Of a DNA stretch of 64,000 bases, positions 41,401 to 53,318 are shown one piece after another. The number at the start of each line of letters is the position of its first letter. Position 1 is the stretch's first letter. The stretch is from Okamejei kenojei (Eukaryota), in contig CM069162.1 of assembly GCA_035221665.1 (NCBI GenBank), positions 25,606,001 through 25,670,000 of the forward strand, in the 5' to 3' direction. The notes below the pieces were generated by a model, which searched no databases, had not been told where the DNA came from, and worked only from the letters and a program-made list of their open reading frames with translations. A program made the position numbers and the translations under genes.

Positions 41401-44400
41401 CTTTGCATTAGGAAGACTGCTGAAGACAACAAAACTTATTTCCCAGAAGAGGTGACAAACACAGTAAAGAACAACTTCTATATAGGTGATTGTTTAAAGT
41501 CCATGTCTTCGGAACAGGAGCAATTCAAATGGCAGCACACCTGACTTCCCTCTGCCAAATGGAAGGGTTTGTGCTGTCAGAGTGGATCAGCAACAGCCGT
41601 GCTTTATTGGAATCCATTCCACAAGAAAACAGAGCCAACAGACCAGGGAGTTGGACTTGGACAAAATCAATCTGCCTATGGAAAGAGCACTGGGGTTGCA
41701 CTGGTGCGTTAAAGCAGATGTGTTCTAGTTCAGAATTATGGTACAGGAACGACGATGGGATATCTTATCCGTAGTTAGCTCTATATACGATCCATTTGGA
41801 TTTCTTAAACCATTTACTCTGCCAGCCAAGCTGATTATGCAGGAGCTTTGTAAGGAAAGACTAGGATGGGATGAGAACATATCACTAACCTTCTCTCAGC
41901 GATGGACAGGATGGTTAGCAGATCTCAATAAGAAGTCAGAATTTAAAGTGGACCGGTGCATGAAGCTCGCTAACTTTGGTCAAATCAGATTTGCACAGCT
42001 GACCACTTTTCAGACGCAAGCGAAAGTGGCTACAGTACTATTTCATATCGAAGACATATCTAAGATAACGACAAAGAAGTGCATGTTGCATTCATAATGG
42101 GAAAAGCCAGAGTGACACCACTGAAGCAAATGCCAAATCCCAGAATGGAGCTTACAGCTGCAGTCCTCACTGTCAGAGTTGACATAATGCTGCGAAAGGA
42201 ATTACAGCTTCTACTGGACAAATCCATCTTCTGGACCCATAGCACAACAGTGCTTAAGTATATCATCAACAAAAACAAACACTTTCAAACATTTATAGCA
42301 AACAGGATCTCCTTTGTAAGGGATGCCACTGATGTATCACAGTGGAGATACTTTGCCACAAAGGAAAATCCTACGGATGAAGCCTCTGGAGGAATAACAG
42401 CAGATCGCTTCTTAAGCAGTAAGAAATGGATCAAGGGACCAGAGTTTCTCTGTAAGCCTGACAGAGAATGGCCAAAGCTTAACCTGGAATCAGCAATCTC
42501 TGCTAATGATCTGGAAATCAAGCAAGACATCACAGTGAATGTAATTGTCAAGGATCCATTGGACTATTGAAATACCTATTTGTCATCATGGAGTAAGTTG
42601 AAGACTGTGGTAGCTTGGTTTCTTAAACTATGAACAATGTTCTTGCTGTTGACTCGAAAAAGAAAGGATAGGTATCTTTGAAAAAGATCTTGGCAAACCA
42701 AAGGAAAAGGTTGATAAAGAGATGCAAGTCTTTAAAGCATCAGTCTGCAGACAGTGTTTATGTCCTGATAATCTTCTCAAAGCAGAAAACACAATTATCT
42801 CTTTCTGTCAAAGACAAAGATTCAAAGAAGAGCTATCAACATTAAAAGTTGGTAAACATGGAGTCAAAAGCAGTCATTTGTACAAGCTAGATCAGGTTCT
42901 GGATGAAGGTCTTCTGAGAGTCGGTGGTCGCCTGAATAGACTAGTGATGCCTGAAGAGGCTAAACATCCGATTATTCTTTCGAAGGACTTTCACATATCA
43001 ACACTACTGTTACGACATATCCATGAATAGCTCAGACATGGAGGAAGAAATGATATGCTGTTGTGATTCCGTAAAAGATACTGAATTATAAAAGCTAACT
43101 ATGCTGCAAGGAAGGTCATAACCAACTGTGTTGTGTGTGGATGACAGTGGGAAACAGTTGGAGAACAAAAAATGACAGACTTGCCCCTGGAGAGGATTCT
43201 ACCTGACAAGCCTCCATTTACAGATGTAGGAGTAGACTACTTTGGTCCCATAGAGATCAAGAGAGGACAAAGTCTATTTAAAAGATATGGTGTAATCTTC
43301 TTTTGCATGGCAAGCAGGGCAGTACATCTTGAAGTTGCATCTACACTTGACACAGACTCCTGCATTCATGCTTTATGAAGATTCATCTGTCGACGAGGTC
43401 AAGTTTCATCTTTAAGATCAGACAAAAGCACAAATTTTATCGGAGCGGAAAGGGAATTGAGAGAAGCACTCGATGGCTTAAATCAGAATAAGATGCAGAA
43501 TGCTATGCTTCAGCAAGGGATAAGGTGGAACTTTAATCCCCCAGCAGGAGTGGTGTTTGGGAACGATTGATTTGTATGGTTCGAAATGTGCTGCGCTCTG
43601 TTCTTAAACAACAATTCTGAACGATGAAACTTTATTTTGTGAAATTGAAGCAATTTTAAACGATCGACTCATTACCAAGAATTCTGATGATCCAAAGGAC
43701 CTGGAAGCACTTACACCAAACCATCTTCTCCTGTTGAAAACCAATCCAATACTGCCACCCGGACTCTTCGTGAAGGAAGACATGTACATTAAACGCAGGT
43801 GGAGACAGGTACAATATATGGCAGACCATCTTGGAAATAGTAGACACAAGAATACTTGCCTCTAATCCAAGAACGACAACAATGGTCTAGGATAACAAGA
43901 AGCTTTATTCCAGGTGACATTGTTTTGATGATTGATTCAACTGCACCACGAGGCTCCTGGCTGATGGGTAGAATATTGGAGATGGTACCAGACGCAAAAG
44001 GTCTTGTGCGTACAGTACAACCTGCGAGTAAGAACAACATCATATCGTTAAGACCGATAACTAAGATATGTCAGCTCCAAGAAGAAGATTGAATAATCAC
44101 TTAAGAAGTTTGAATGCCAACACATAGTGCATACCTTTTGTTTTTGATAATATGTTAAGCTAATATGTATTATGTATTATGTAAGCTAATATGATAATAT
44201 GTATGAGCCATTCATGCTTAGGCTAGTTACTGTTAGCATATTTTATTATTTTGTCTGGATATTTCTTGCAGAATTATTTTGAATGCTGGGGGTGGGCTTT
44301 TGATATGTAGATGAACGTTACATATAGCATAGTCACAGGGAGAGGCTAGATCAGACTGGTCGGGCACGGGAGAAAGAATACAGTTCAGCGAGATCAGACA

Positions 44401-44630
44401 GTAAGAACGGAAAGCTACAATTTGTATAAGAATAAAGAGGATCTGGTATGTTCACTTCTTTGTCTGTACAACTACTTCAATAAAGAATCAATGAAACTGG
44501 AAAGAATGACTGGAGGATTTGTTTTTGCTATCTACTGCATAAGTTCTACTTCTCCATGTCTGTTGTAGTAATGGTTGTAGTAATGGCAATAATCATTTGG
44601 ACATTGGCAATGTTTGAAATTGCCATTACA
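38491..44630 (+). mobile_element. BEL/Pao LTR retrotransposon, decayed
   Basis: Gag Zn knuckles (VCFGYLKKGHMSRDC...CDVCKQDHPEILH), protease (AFLDHGSSTTF), RT (YIPHH, LRVVFDC, GPDLTN, ADIKAMFHQV, HLFGAVPSPS), RNase H (KARVTPLK..PRMELTAA), integrase ([14 protein letters not shown]) and C-terminal GDIVL..PRGSWLMGRI, ending at 44092. The domain order is BEL/Pao-type. Diverged direct repeats at 38491-38646 and 44481-44630 (ending ...tgccattaca) are LTR remnants. Many stops and frameshifts. Confidence 0.93.
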
Positions 44631-44689
44631 GTATTGTATTAAAAAAGTAGAAATAAGGAACTGCAGATGCTGGTTTACACGCATGTTCA

Positions 44690-44876
44690 ATGTCCGCAAT
44701 GGGGTAGAGGTTAATCAAACAGTACTCAAGCTTATGCAGGACTGTGCAGAATCCTGATAAAAGAGGGAAAGAAGCTGTTCCTGAATCTGGTGGAGCACAC
44801 TTCGAGCTTCTGTATCTTCTGCTCGATTGGAGCAGGGATAAGGAATGACTGGTGTGGGACAAGTCTTTGATTATGT
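44690..44876 (-). mobile_element. Rex1/Babar-like LINE 3' fragment; its tail lies on the other side of the BEL element at about 38335-38455
   Basis: Minus translation LLQSSRRYRSSKCAPPDSGTASF is a decayed LPSGRRYRS...SFFP. The segment 38335-38455 resembles the tail at 54375-54500. Confidence 0.55.
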
Positions 44877-45883
44877 TTCTCCATTGAAACAGTAATTTGC
44901 TTGTATTTCTTTCAATTTGGTGTACTAGATTTGGTGTTCACAATGTGGTTTCCCGTACATTGCCAAGACAAAGTGCAGATAACTTATCCCTTTGCAGACC
45001 ACCTCCATGCGGTCACGTGATTTTTCAGTTGTCTATCACTTTAATTCTCCATAAAATTCTCACCCTGACCTCTCTGTCTTTATCATCCTTCTCTATTCCA
45101 ATGAAGCTCATGTAAAGCATTAGATACAGCTACTCATATTCCAGCTTGATTCATTTGCAACTTGGTGCTTAACACTGAATTTCAGATTAACACTTAGTTT
45201 CAGATATTCTGCCCTAATGGCATTGTATCTAACAATTCTACAAATGCAGGACCTTTCTTTTTCCCTCCTCTTATACTTCAGATTTAATTCATCAAAATAC
45301 ACCTTGTATTATTCACTTGCCTTTATCACCCACTTTCTGCTGGTACCAACATCTTGAAGAAGAGTTCAGACCTGAAACATTGCCTCTTGATTCACAGAGT
45401 TCCACAGGCAGTTTGTTTTTAACTAAATAAATCACTTTATTTCTCCACTTTCTGTCTCCATCAGTTTTGTTGTTGCAGTTTTAATTAATTTCATTTCCCT
45501 CTGGTATAAGTTCATCAACCTAAATAGCAAACTCTCCCACAGATGCTACCAGATCAGCTGAAAATTCCCAGTATTTTGTTTCTATCTGTCATCTCAGAAA
45601 CTGGAATACCCATTAATATGTGGTGTAGTGAGTCATTCCTGGGTACATATTGTATATATATTAATGGCTCAAATTGATCATTTAGATTCCACTCTGTAAC
45701 TTACTCCCAGGTGTCTGTTATTCCACATATAAATCACCTGAAATATTCAGTAGGTAAACTGTAAATCCCTCCAGGTGTCCAGTTAGTCTTATTTAGAAAT
45801 TCAGTCGTAGATCATATTACTGTATCTGTAATTTAATGAATCATAGCTTTATTTGAATTAATTTCTTTTTTTATTTTTTCCAG

Positions 45884-45948
45884 CTGACACCATTATACAA
45901 AATGGCCTCACCAGAGCACTTTTACAAAGTAATTATTACTGAACTCCG
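45884..45948 (+). CDS. Mucin exon: SEA domain, middle part
   Basis: Acceptor ttattttttccag|, donor CG|gtatgt. Phase 0 to 2. Translation LTPLYKMASPEHFYKVIITEL(R). Confidence 0.85.
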
Positions 45949-46664
45949 GTATGTTATAATAACGAACTTTTGCAAAAGAAATTCCCTTCAATTCTTCAGC
46001 TGATAAAAATCCTTAAATTTAGCAATTCTTAGAGGTTAACTAAATCCCAAATACTTGCAATTTTCACACAGTTATTTTGCACAGTTAGGAACCCGACTGT
46101 AGAGATGTTTATCCAAGTTCCTGCCTCAGCTGGTGAAGAAAGTTAGCCATTCACTTCACACACCAAAAGCTGCACATTTAATGTACAATGACGTTAATAA
46201 TCGTCCTGCGGCAATAATTTGGGACAATTAGTCTCATTGTTTTAAACTGTTTAGGACAAAATCAGCCAGGCATCCCGATCAGAACCTGCTAACTCCAGGC
46301 ATTCTTGTGGATTTACCCACAGTTGGATAAATCCATACTGTGCTAGATGTCCACATAGATAGCACATTTTGTTATGGAAGGAGTTCTAGACTGGTGGCAG
46401 TAAAGTGGAAAAAAGGAGATGTAGACATTTATAGTCTTTTGTGATTCAACTCGATTCTTAGTACTTTATATGAAATGAAGAGGTTGTAAAATGTAATTAT
46501 CATCATTATGTAGAAGATATGGCAGCTGATTTGAATTTGGCAAACTACCACAATCTTTTAATATTATTTGTTTTAGCCTGAAATAAATATTTCTCTCAGA
46601 AAATGAGTCTGAAACATGAGACTGTGTCACAGAGCCAAAGCTAAACAAAGATCAGTACTGATAT

Positions 46665-46760
46665 ATAGACACCAAAAGCTGGAGTAACTCAGTGGGTCAT
46701 GCAGCATCTCTGGAGAAAAAGAATATGTGACGTTTTGGGTCAAGTCCCTTCTTTAGACTG
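46665..46760 (-). mobile_element. Degenerate Penelope-tail short element (similar copies at about 45350, 45520, 46910, 51800, 53600-53725 and 60000-60090)
   Basis: aaaagctggagtaactcagtgggtcatgcagcatctctggagaaaaagaatatgtgacgttttgggtcaagtcccttctttagact is a decayed reverse complement of the hammerhead-bearing tail. Confidence 0.7.
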
Positions 46761-47207
46761 TGAGTCAGGGGAGAAGAAAACAAGAGGTGTGATGTGATGG
46801 TTATTCAGTCCTCCTGGCGTACCCTCCATTGAAAGGAATGATCTTCCCCACAGAATCTTAGTTTCTTCGATGATCACCCAGTCTTTTATGCCAACAGTTC
46901 CAAAGGCCAGCGATCTGAAATGTTTACTCTGTTTCTCCTTCAACAGATGTTGCCTGAATTGTTGAGTATCTCCAGCATTTATTGTACTTGTCCTTGCTGT
47001 TGTATGCTCTTTTTACACCTAGTGCATGTTATATTGGAATAATGATTCAGGATAGTCCTTTTGCTTTCAACTGAGAAATATGTGCTTTGAGTTGTCGTTT
47101 CATTGTTGCATCTGAAGATATGTTCTCTGAGGTGGTTGTAGTGCCTTGCATATCTTATGAAAATATGGAGATAGTAAAAGTTAACCTTGCATTAACTTTC
47201 TCCACAG

Positions 47208-47404
47208 GGAAGGAAGCATTATCATAAAGAGCAAAGGCCTCTACAACTATACCAATAATCAGACAGAAATCAACTATTTAAACCATCATCTAGCCCAAAC
47301 ATTGCTCACTAATATTAATAATACAGATACTTTGAATCACCTCAGATTGGGCGGTAGCAACGTGGAACTCACTGGTATATATACTCCGGTCTCATCAATC
47401 AACA
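47208..47404 (+). CDS. Mucin exon: SEA domain C-terminal part with the G|SIII autoproteolysis motif
   Basis: Acceptor actttctccacag|, donor A|gtaagt. Phase 2 to 1. Translation (R)EGSIIIKSKGLYNYTNNQTEINYLNHHLAQTLLTNINNTDTLNHLRLGGSNVELTGIYTPVSSIN. LREGSIII corresponds to the SEA G|SVVV motif. Confidence 0.9.
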
Positions 47405-47875
47405 GTAAGTATTGCATTGACAAATGTTTTGCACAATAATTCACTCATTCAATTACTTTTGATCCTTTCCTTTTCTCTTCTGCTCCTTAAATTCCTGGCC
47501 CAGGTAACGGTTCAAATCAATAGGTGCCCGGAATCCTCCACAATTTAGCGACAATCTTTGCTATTATCTCTGCCTCCGCACACACGAAGAATGAATATTC
47601 TGTCCTAGGAACTATCTTTGAGATAAAGGAATATACCATAAAGAACAAAAAACGTCTTGGTTTCAACTGACTAGTGGCTATTTATCTACTTCGTCTTTCT
47701 TTCTATTCTTTCCAGCCAAGGCAGTGGTCCGCTCCATGGCTTCTGACCCAATTTGGATCCCTTGGTAATGTGTTGGAAAATGACTGTTTATGACCAGGGG
47801 AAACTAGATGTATCAAGTATTCAAACTGTCCATACATCTGACACCTTCATTTTACTTTTCCATTATTTTTTTTAG

Positions 47876-48038
47876 ATATCACAGACTTGAATATGACATG
47901 TGAGATCCAATTTAATGGTTACAAAGTCAACTGCACCAATGGGCAATACTGTGTATGTGAAGGACCTTGCAAATATGCGCTTGACATCTGTCACTGGCAC
48001 GGGAATTGCTTTAATATGGTTAATGGCTCCATTTGCAA
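47876..48038 (+). CDS. Mucin exon: second Cys-rich/EGF-like motif
   Basis: Acceptor attattttttttag|, donor AA|gtaagt. Phase 1 to 2. Translation NITDLNMTCEIQFNGYKVNCTNGQYCVCEGPCKYALDICHWHGNCFNMVNGSIC(K). Confidence 0.9.
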
Positions 48039-48429
48039 GTAAGTAACATTTGTATATTGCTTTGCTCTGCTGTCCTGAAGGCGATGACTCTTTCTCAGGT
48101 ACATTTCAACTGGTACTGTGTACTCCACAGCATCTGATGGAAATCCCCATTTTTCATGAAGCTCTAAAGCTAATGATGGCCTCGGACATGCGCCCAGATG
48201 CTATATCAACACACACCCACATTCTAGTGTGGGTCATTAGAGAGTGAACAGAACTTAGATTCCAGGCATATGAGAAATTTTCCATTTTAATGGCTCGCAT
48301 AGAAGAACATAATAAGAGCATAAGAATTAGAAGCATGAGTAAACCATTTGGTCCTTCAATACCATTTTTCTGTCCCATCAATATATCATTAAAATAACAG
48401 CTAATAGTCGAGAAGGTAACATTACTCTG

Positions 48430-48720
48430 TTAGCTGGCTAACAGGAAACAGAATATAGACATGAATGGATCTTCTTCTGGTTGTCAAGATGTAACAAGTG
48501 GCTGTTCTGGCTCGAAGGGCCTACTCCTGCACCTATTTTCTATGTAAGTGATGTGCCACAGATATCAGTGCTGGGGCCCCATCATTGTACAATTTATAGA
48601 AATACTTTGGATGAAAGTAGGGAAGATGTGGTTACTAAATTTACAAAGACACATTAGAAAGCAAGCTGTGAAGGTGATGTATGGAAGCTACAAAGGGATG
48701 TACACAGGATAAGTGAATAG
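48430..48720 (+). mobile_element. CR1-type LINE fragment with a short CR1 3' tail nested at about 48509-48546
   Basis: RT-like agctggcta acaggaaacaga...gtaacaagtg|gatgtgccacagatatcagtgctggggccc, interrupted by ggctcgaagggcctactcctgcacctattttctatgt. Confidence 0.55.
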
Positions 48721-49102
48721 ACAACTAAAAATGCTGCACTCCTCACAACAGCACTGAAATGCCAGATCGGATTATGTGTTTACGTTTCTAGTAATTATTA
48801 AAACATAACTCTCAAATGCAGAAATACTTCCATTAAACATGCCTCTACCTTGTGCAATGAGGCTTGTTCACCCTAACCAACTACCCTGAGTTTTGCTAAG
48901 CAACTTTTTTTTAAATGACAGGCATTTCTTGTTTATCTCAGACACCAGATGTGGCCCGAATCTCTTGACCCTGGTGACTCTTTATTCATTTACTCATTTG
49001 TTAGTTTTGGATGTGTCTGGTAGGTTATTAAGAAAGTGTTTTATTCATTTAACGTCTTATCTACAATTGGACACTTCATCGTTTTTTTATTTCTTTTGGA
49101 AG

Positions 49103-49264
49103 ATGTTATCGGAACACATTTTACCAATATACTGGGAAAACCTGTGATATATTCGTAAGGAACTCAGGATTCTATGGTGTGCTGTTTGGAGTGTTGGCAG
49201 GAGCTCTGCTCCTTCTAATTGTCATCATCATTGTCATTATATACTGTCGGAGAAAGAAATACAG
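49103..49264 (+). CDS. Mucin exon: end of EGF2 plus transmembrane helix
   Basis: Acceptor ttttatttcttttggaag|, donor AG|gtatgt. Phase 2 to 2. Translation CYRNTFYQYTGKTCDIFVRNSGFYGVLFGVLAGALLLLIVIIIVIIYCRRKKY(R): hydrophobic helix followed by a basic stop-transfer segment. Confidence 0.92.
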
Positions 49265-49384
49265 GTATGTATTAAGCTAATGATTTCTTGTGTTGAACTT
49301 CCCTGTGAATGAAATGAGAACTTTCAATTCAAGCGGTTTGGAAAAAGTTCTACTTTAGTTATCCATTAAACTCTCATAATGTGT

Positions 49385-50040
49385 TATTAAGTTGGAAAGG
49401 GTGCATAAGAAAATCATCGGTGTTGCCTGGTCTTGTGGGCTTGAGTTATAATGAGACGCTGGATCAGCTGAGACTTTTTTCTTTGTAGCATAGGAGGCTG
49501 AGAGGTAAACTTATAGAGTTGCACAAGTTCATTAAGGACATGGATAATGTGAATGTTTGCAGCCTTTTCCCCAGGATAGAGAATTCTAAAATTAGAGGGC
49601 ATAGACTTACGGTGAGAGGAGAGCGAGTTAAGAGCAACCTCAAGGGTATTTTTTCACTCAGTAGTTAGTCTGTATTTGGAATGAACTGACAGAGGAGGCT
49701 ATAGAAAAGGATAGAATTATAGAAACATAGAAAATAGGTGCAGAAGTAGGCCATTCGGCCCTTCGAGCCTGCACCGCCATTCAATATGATCATGGCTGAT
49801 CATTCAACTCAGTATCCTGTACCTGCCTTCTCTCCATACCCCCGATCCCTTTAGCCACATGGGCCACATCTAACTCCATCTTAAATATAGCTAATGAACT
49901 GGCCTCAACTACCTTCTGTGGCAGAGAATTCCACAGATTCACCACTCTGTGTGGGATACAATTATGAAGACACTTGCACAGTTATATGGATACGAAGGAA
50001 TTAGAGGAATTATCAGTCAAATGCAGGAAAATGGGATAAG
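49385..50040 (+). mobile_element. CR1 LINE 3' fragment with an opposite-strand CR1 3' end nested at about 49718-49952
   Basis: Contains ggaggctgagaggtaaacttatagag...ctaaaattagagggcatag. The nested atagaaacatagaaaataggtgcagaagtaggccattcggcccttcgagcc is the reverse complement of the tail type at about 60790-60830. Confidence 0.75.
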
Positions 50041-50219
50041 CCTCTGACTCTAATTTAGATACACCAGGATGAAAAAGGGATTATCTTTCTCCACCAGGGT
50101 ATCTCTCTGAGCTGGACCCACTGGGCACACCTGAAGTGGAGGTTAAGATGTTTTCCCATTCACAAAATTCAAGATATCTACCATTGTTTCCAGTCATTGC
50201 AAAGGGCAATGGACATCAC

Positions 50220-51025
50220 CACAGGAGGTCAACAGGCTGTGTCTTTTGCTCAATTATTACAGTTGTTTCATGAATGACTTCTATCATTAAGCTGGATAGC
50301 TCTTTGGTAAAGATTGATTGACTTTTAGCTCCATTCATAGCTCTCTCGTATATTTCAGCAATTTGTGCAAAGCTTATAGCAAGACCTGGACAGGCTTGGG
50401 CAAGTAACATTTACAATTGCCAGTCAGTCTTCACCTCCAACAAATTTCTTCTGGCTTATAATGGCTTCACCATCATCAAACTCCAGCATGGAAATCGTTA
50501 GGAATTCCAATTAGTGGCCAAATAGGCAGTGAGCAACTTGTTTCTTGACTTCCTAAATCCTTTCCCACCTGCATAAACATGTTGTGGAATGCCCATTACT
50601 TGAATGGTTTCAACCTCAACACCATTCAAAATGGTTGAAGACATCCATTTGCATCTGCATTCTGCAATCTGCATTCCATCCTTAACTTAAAGATCCACTT
50701 CCTCTGTCACTGCAGTGAGTACTGCCTTCAGAAGGTTAGGCAGCGGTTTACAAATTTTACCAAGGTTCCTGCAGAATCACCGTCATCACCAAGCAGGACA
50801 TGAGCAACAGCACAAAGGAACATCACTACTACACTCTCTTCAAATCACATGATTTCTTTATCATCAATCGGCCAAAATCTTGGAATTCCTCCCCAAATGT
50901 ATTAGAGGTATCTTTACCAGATGGGTTACAGCAATCCGAGGAGACCTTGGCGCACACCTTTTCAAGGGCACTGAAGAGTAGACTATAAAATACTGGCTTT
51001 GCCACTCCCTAAAAATGAACAAAAT
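50220..51025 (+). mobile_element. Highly degraded LINE 3' fragment, clade uncertain
   Basis: RT C-terminus-like remnants (caggcttgggcaagtaacattt; aaaatcttggaattcctccccaa = KSWNSSP) and an A-rich end. Confidence 0.4.
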
Positions 51026-51063
51026 CAATTAATCAAAAAATCTGTTTTTCTCCTTCCCCTCAG

Positions 51064-51134
51064 ACATTCAGATCCTGGCACTCCACAGAAGTGGTACTCG
51101 ATTGATGAAGAATATTTCAGGTTTCCACATACAG
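51064..51134 (+). CDS. Mucin exon: cytoplasmic tail 1
   Basis: Acceptor tttttctccttcccctcag|, donor G|gtaatt. Phase 2 to 1. Translation HSDPGTPQKWYSIDEEYFRFPHT. Confidence 0.8.
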
Positions 51135-52165
51135 GTAATTGAATACCACCTTTGCATGCAATATAACCCATAATGTTTACCTTTCATACAAGTATTTTGA
51201 TAGTATGTGACATATAAAATAATTGCATTATTTGTCAGTTTAAACTTTTTGCCTAAATGCCCATCCTCTTTTTTAGAATGTGTCATTATCTTAGCAATGT
51301 TTAGCTACAGTTTTTAACAAGGTGCTCAGGTTGATTCAAATGTTTGGTTACCTGGCATATTAAGTCAAAAGCCATAGGTGTTTTCTCAGGTAAAACAAAT
51401 TTGGATTCCATCCAAGACTGATCAGAAATTAGGACCTCTGTGCAATAGATGGAGCTCAATGGGATATATGGAACAATGTTCTTAACCTAAAGTGTATGAC
51501 CTTCTCGAGTGAGCAAACAGGCAAAGATTATAGCGGCATCTGTGTGCATTTAAAATATTTTGGTAATTAAGTTGTAATGTCCACAACAATAAAAAATATA
51601 TATTTTGCATGCCAACTTCCTTGCCATTTGGTTGCCAGGAATTCAGGACTAATCCTCAGTAAAGACTTAGTGCTGTAAAAGGAGCGATGGCAGCAATCAT
51701 TTATTGACAATACTGGAAGAGGGATCCAATTGCCATTTCATTGAGTATGGAAAAATGAGGCTATCATTCAAAGAGTGGACACACCTATGCTTTATATCAG
51801 GAACAACAAACAATTTGCTTGAGGAACACAGTAGGTTGAGTAGCATCTGGAGACGTCAAGGAATGGTCAGTGATTTGGTTCAAAACCCTGTATTAGGATT
51901 CTCTTGTTGCTTCAGATTCCATCACACACTTTATATTGCCAGTGTTGCTTGCAACAATATAAATTGTATCATTATTTCAGTTAGTATAGATGGTATTTTA
52001 GGAGGACTTCAATGTACCCTGGTCATAGCATATCAACACATATTTCTCTCACATACAAAAACTGCAACTCACTGAACTTGTCTCACAATTTAGAGATTCT
52101 GCGGTAAAGCCATTATTGTGTCAAATGTTATTCCCCTCCCATCTCACCTCTCCCCAATCCTCCAG

Positions 52166-52317
52166 ATCTGACTACAGAGTCACCAGCACCAAATACTGGC
52201 AAAACACTGGGGAGGAGAAAAGGAAGATACAACCTGGAAAATAATCCTTCGTTCAATGACGATTTCGGTTCTGGTGTCTGGAGACCAAACTTAGACAAAG
52301 TAGATACAGAGGCTGAG
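52166..52317 (+). CDS. Mucin exon: cytoplasmic tail 2
   Basis: Acceptor tccccaatcctccag|, donor GAG|gtaaat. Phase 1 to 0. Translation DLTTESPAPNTGKTLGRRKGRYNLENNPSFNDDFGSGVWRPNLDKVDTEAE. RPNLDKVDT resembles the conserved MUC3/12/17 tail motif (P.Le.vD). Confidence 0.85.
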
Positions 52318-52424
52318 GTAAATTGAATGTTACGTGCAATATCATCGTGATCTTATAATCTATTGAGGACAAAATGGTTTATTATTGCCTTTAATAATGT
52401 GGTGATTTGTTTTCTCCCTGCCAG

Positions 52425-52469
52425 ATACGAGCCAAGCGTCCCGAAGTGGTTTTGCCAGTTGAACAGTGA
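52425..52469 (+). CDS. Mucin last coding exon
   Basis: Acceptor tttctccctgccag|. Translation IRAKRPEVVLPVEQ*. The 'KRPE' matches the I(K/Q)RPE motif at MUC3/MUC12/MUC17 C-termini. TGA at 52467-52469. Confidence 0.85.
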   Translation: MRAKRPEVVLPVEQ

Positions 52470-53312
52470 CAATTGATGCCACTGTTAGAACGTCACAGCC
52501 CACAGTAGTTTAGACAACTTTGTTCAACATGTATTAACTAAAGGGCATTTAAGCTTCCCAAAACAAAGTTAAAACTATATTTTCAAAATACTTTGTTTGT
52601 TGCATGAATATTTCTTGAGAAATAAGAAAAATTCATACTGCTCAGTAACTCAGTTAAAAAAAAACATTTTAAGTTTTTGTAGTTCCTGAAAGCTCAATAA
52701 TGATTTGATTTGATTGATATAAGTGTCCTATTATTTTCATGTTATAAGGTTTTCTCAGTTCTCAATGAGACAAATAAGCAGTGATTCAATACGTCTACGA
52801 ATCTTCAAAACAAGAGGGAGAATGGAACAAGAGTGTTGTTGCATTTGCTCCTCACAATAATAACAAGCCTTTGGATGTTGGCTTCATTAATGTTTGAATA
52901 CAGTAATCTGGTCTATATTGGGAATATAGGACAAAAAAATGAAGGAAAATCATTTTACTTCAGTTCTCAAACAAGAAGAATAGATACCTGGGTGGGGCAC
53001 GAGGGTGTATACATGGAACTTAAGCCAAATCACAGACATAACCTTTAAAAGAGGAAAGATTATATTGTAATTACAATACGACAGTGGGTTAATTGAAAAC
53101 CTTGATTTAACATTCACATTTTTAGTCTGTTTAATTTTTGTAATAAACTTTTCAAATAATTTTTGTCAGAATGCATTAAGGAAAGTACATCTCTTGACTA
53201 TTGTAGACTGTGATATACTTTAACTTTATAATAATTGTCCTGTTTATTTAATACCAAACTATTTTACTGACTCATTTACTTATTCTAAATTGAATATGAC
53301 TGTTTACAGATA

Positions 53313-53318
53313 AATAAA
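53313..53318 (+). terminator. Probable polyadenylation signal of the mucin (alternative AATAAA at 53142-53147)
   Basis: AATAAA at the end of an AT-rich 3' UTR, followed by T/GT-rich sequence (ttgtatctgcttcttgtgtcc). Confidence 0.5.
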
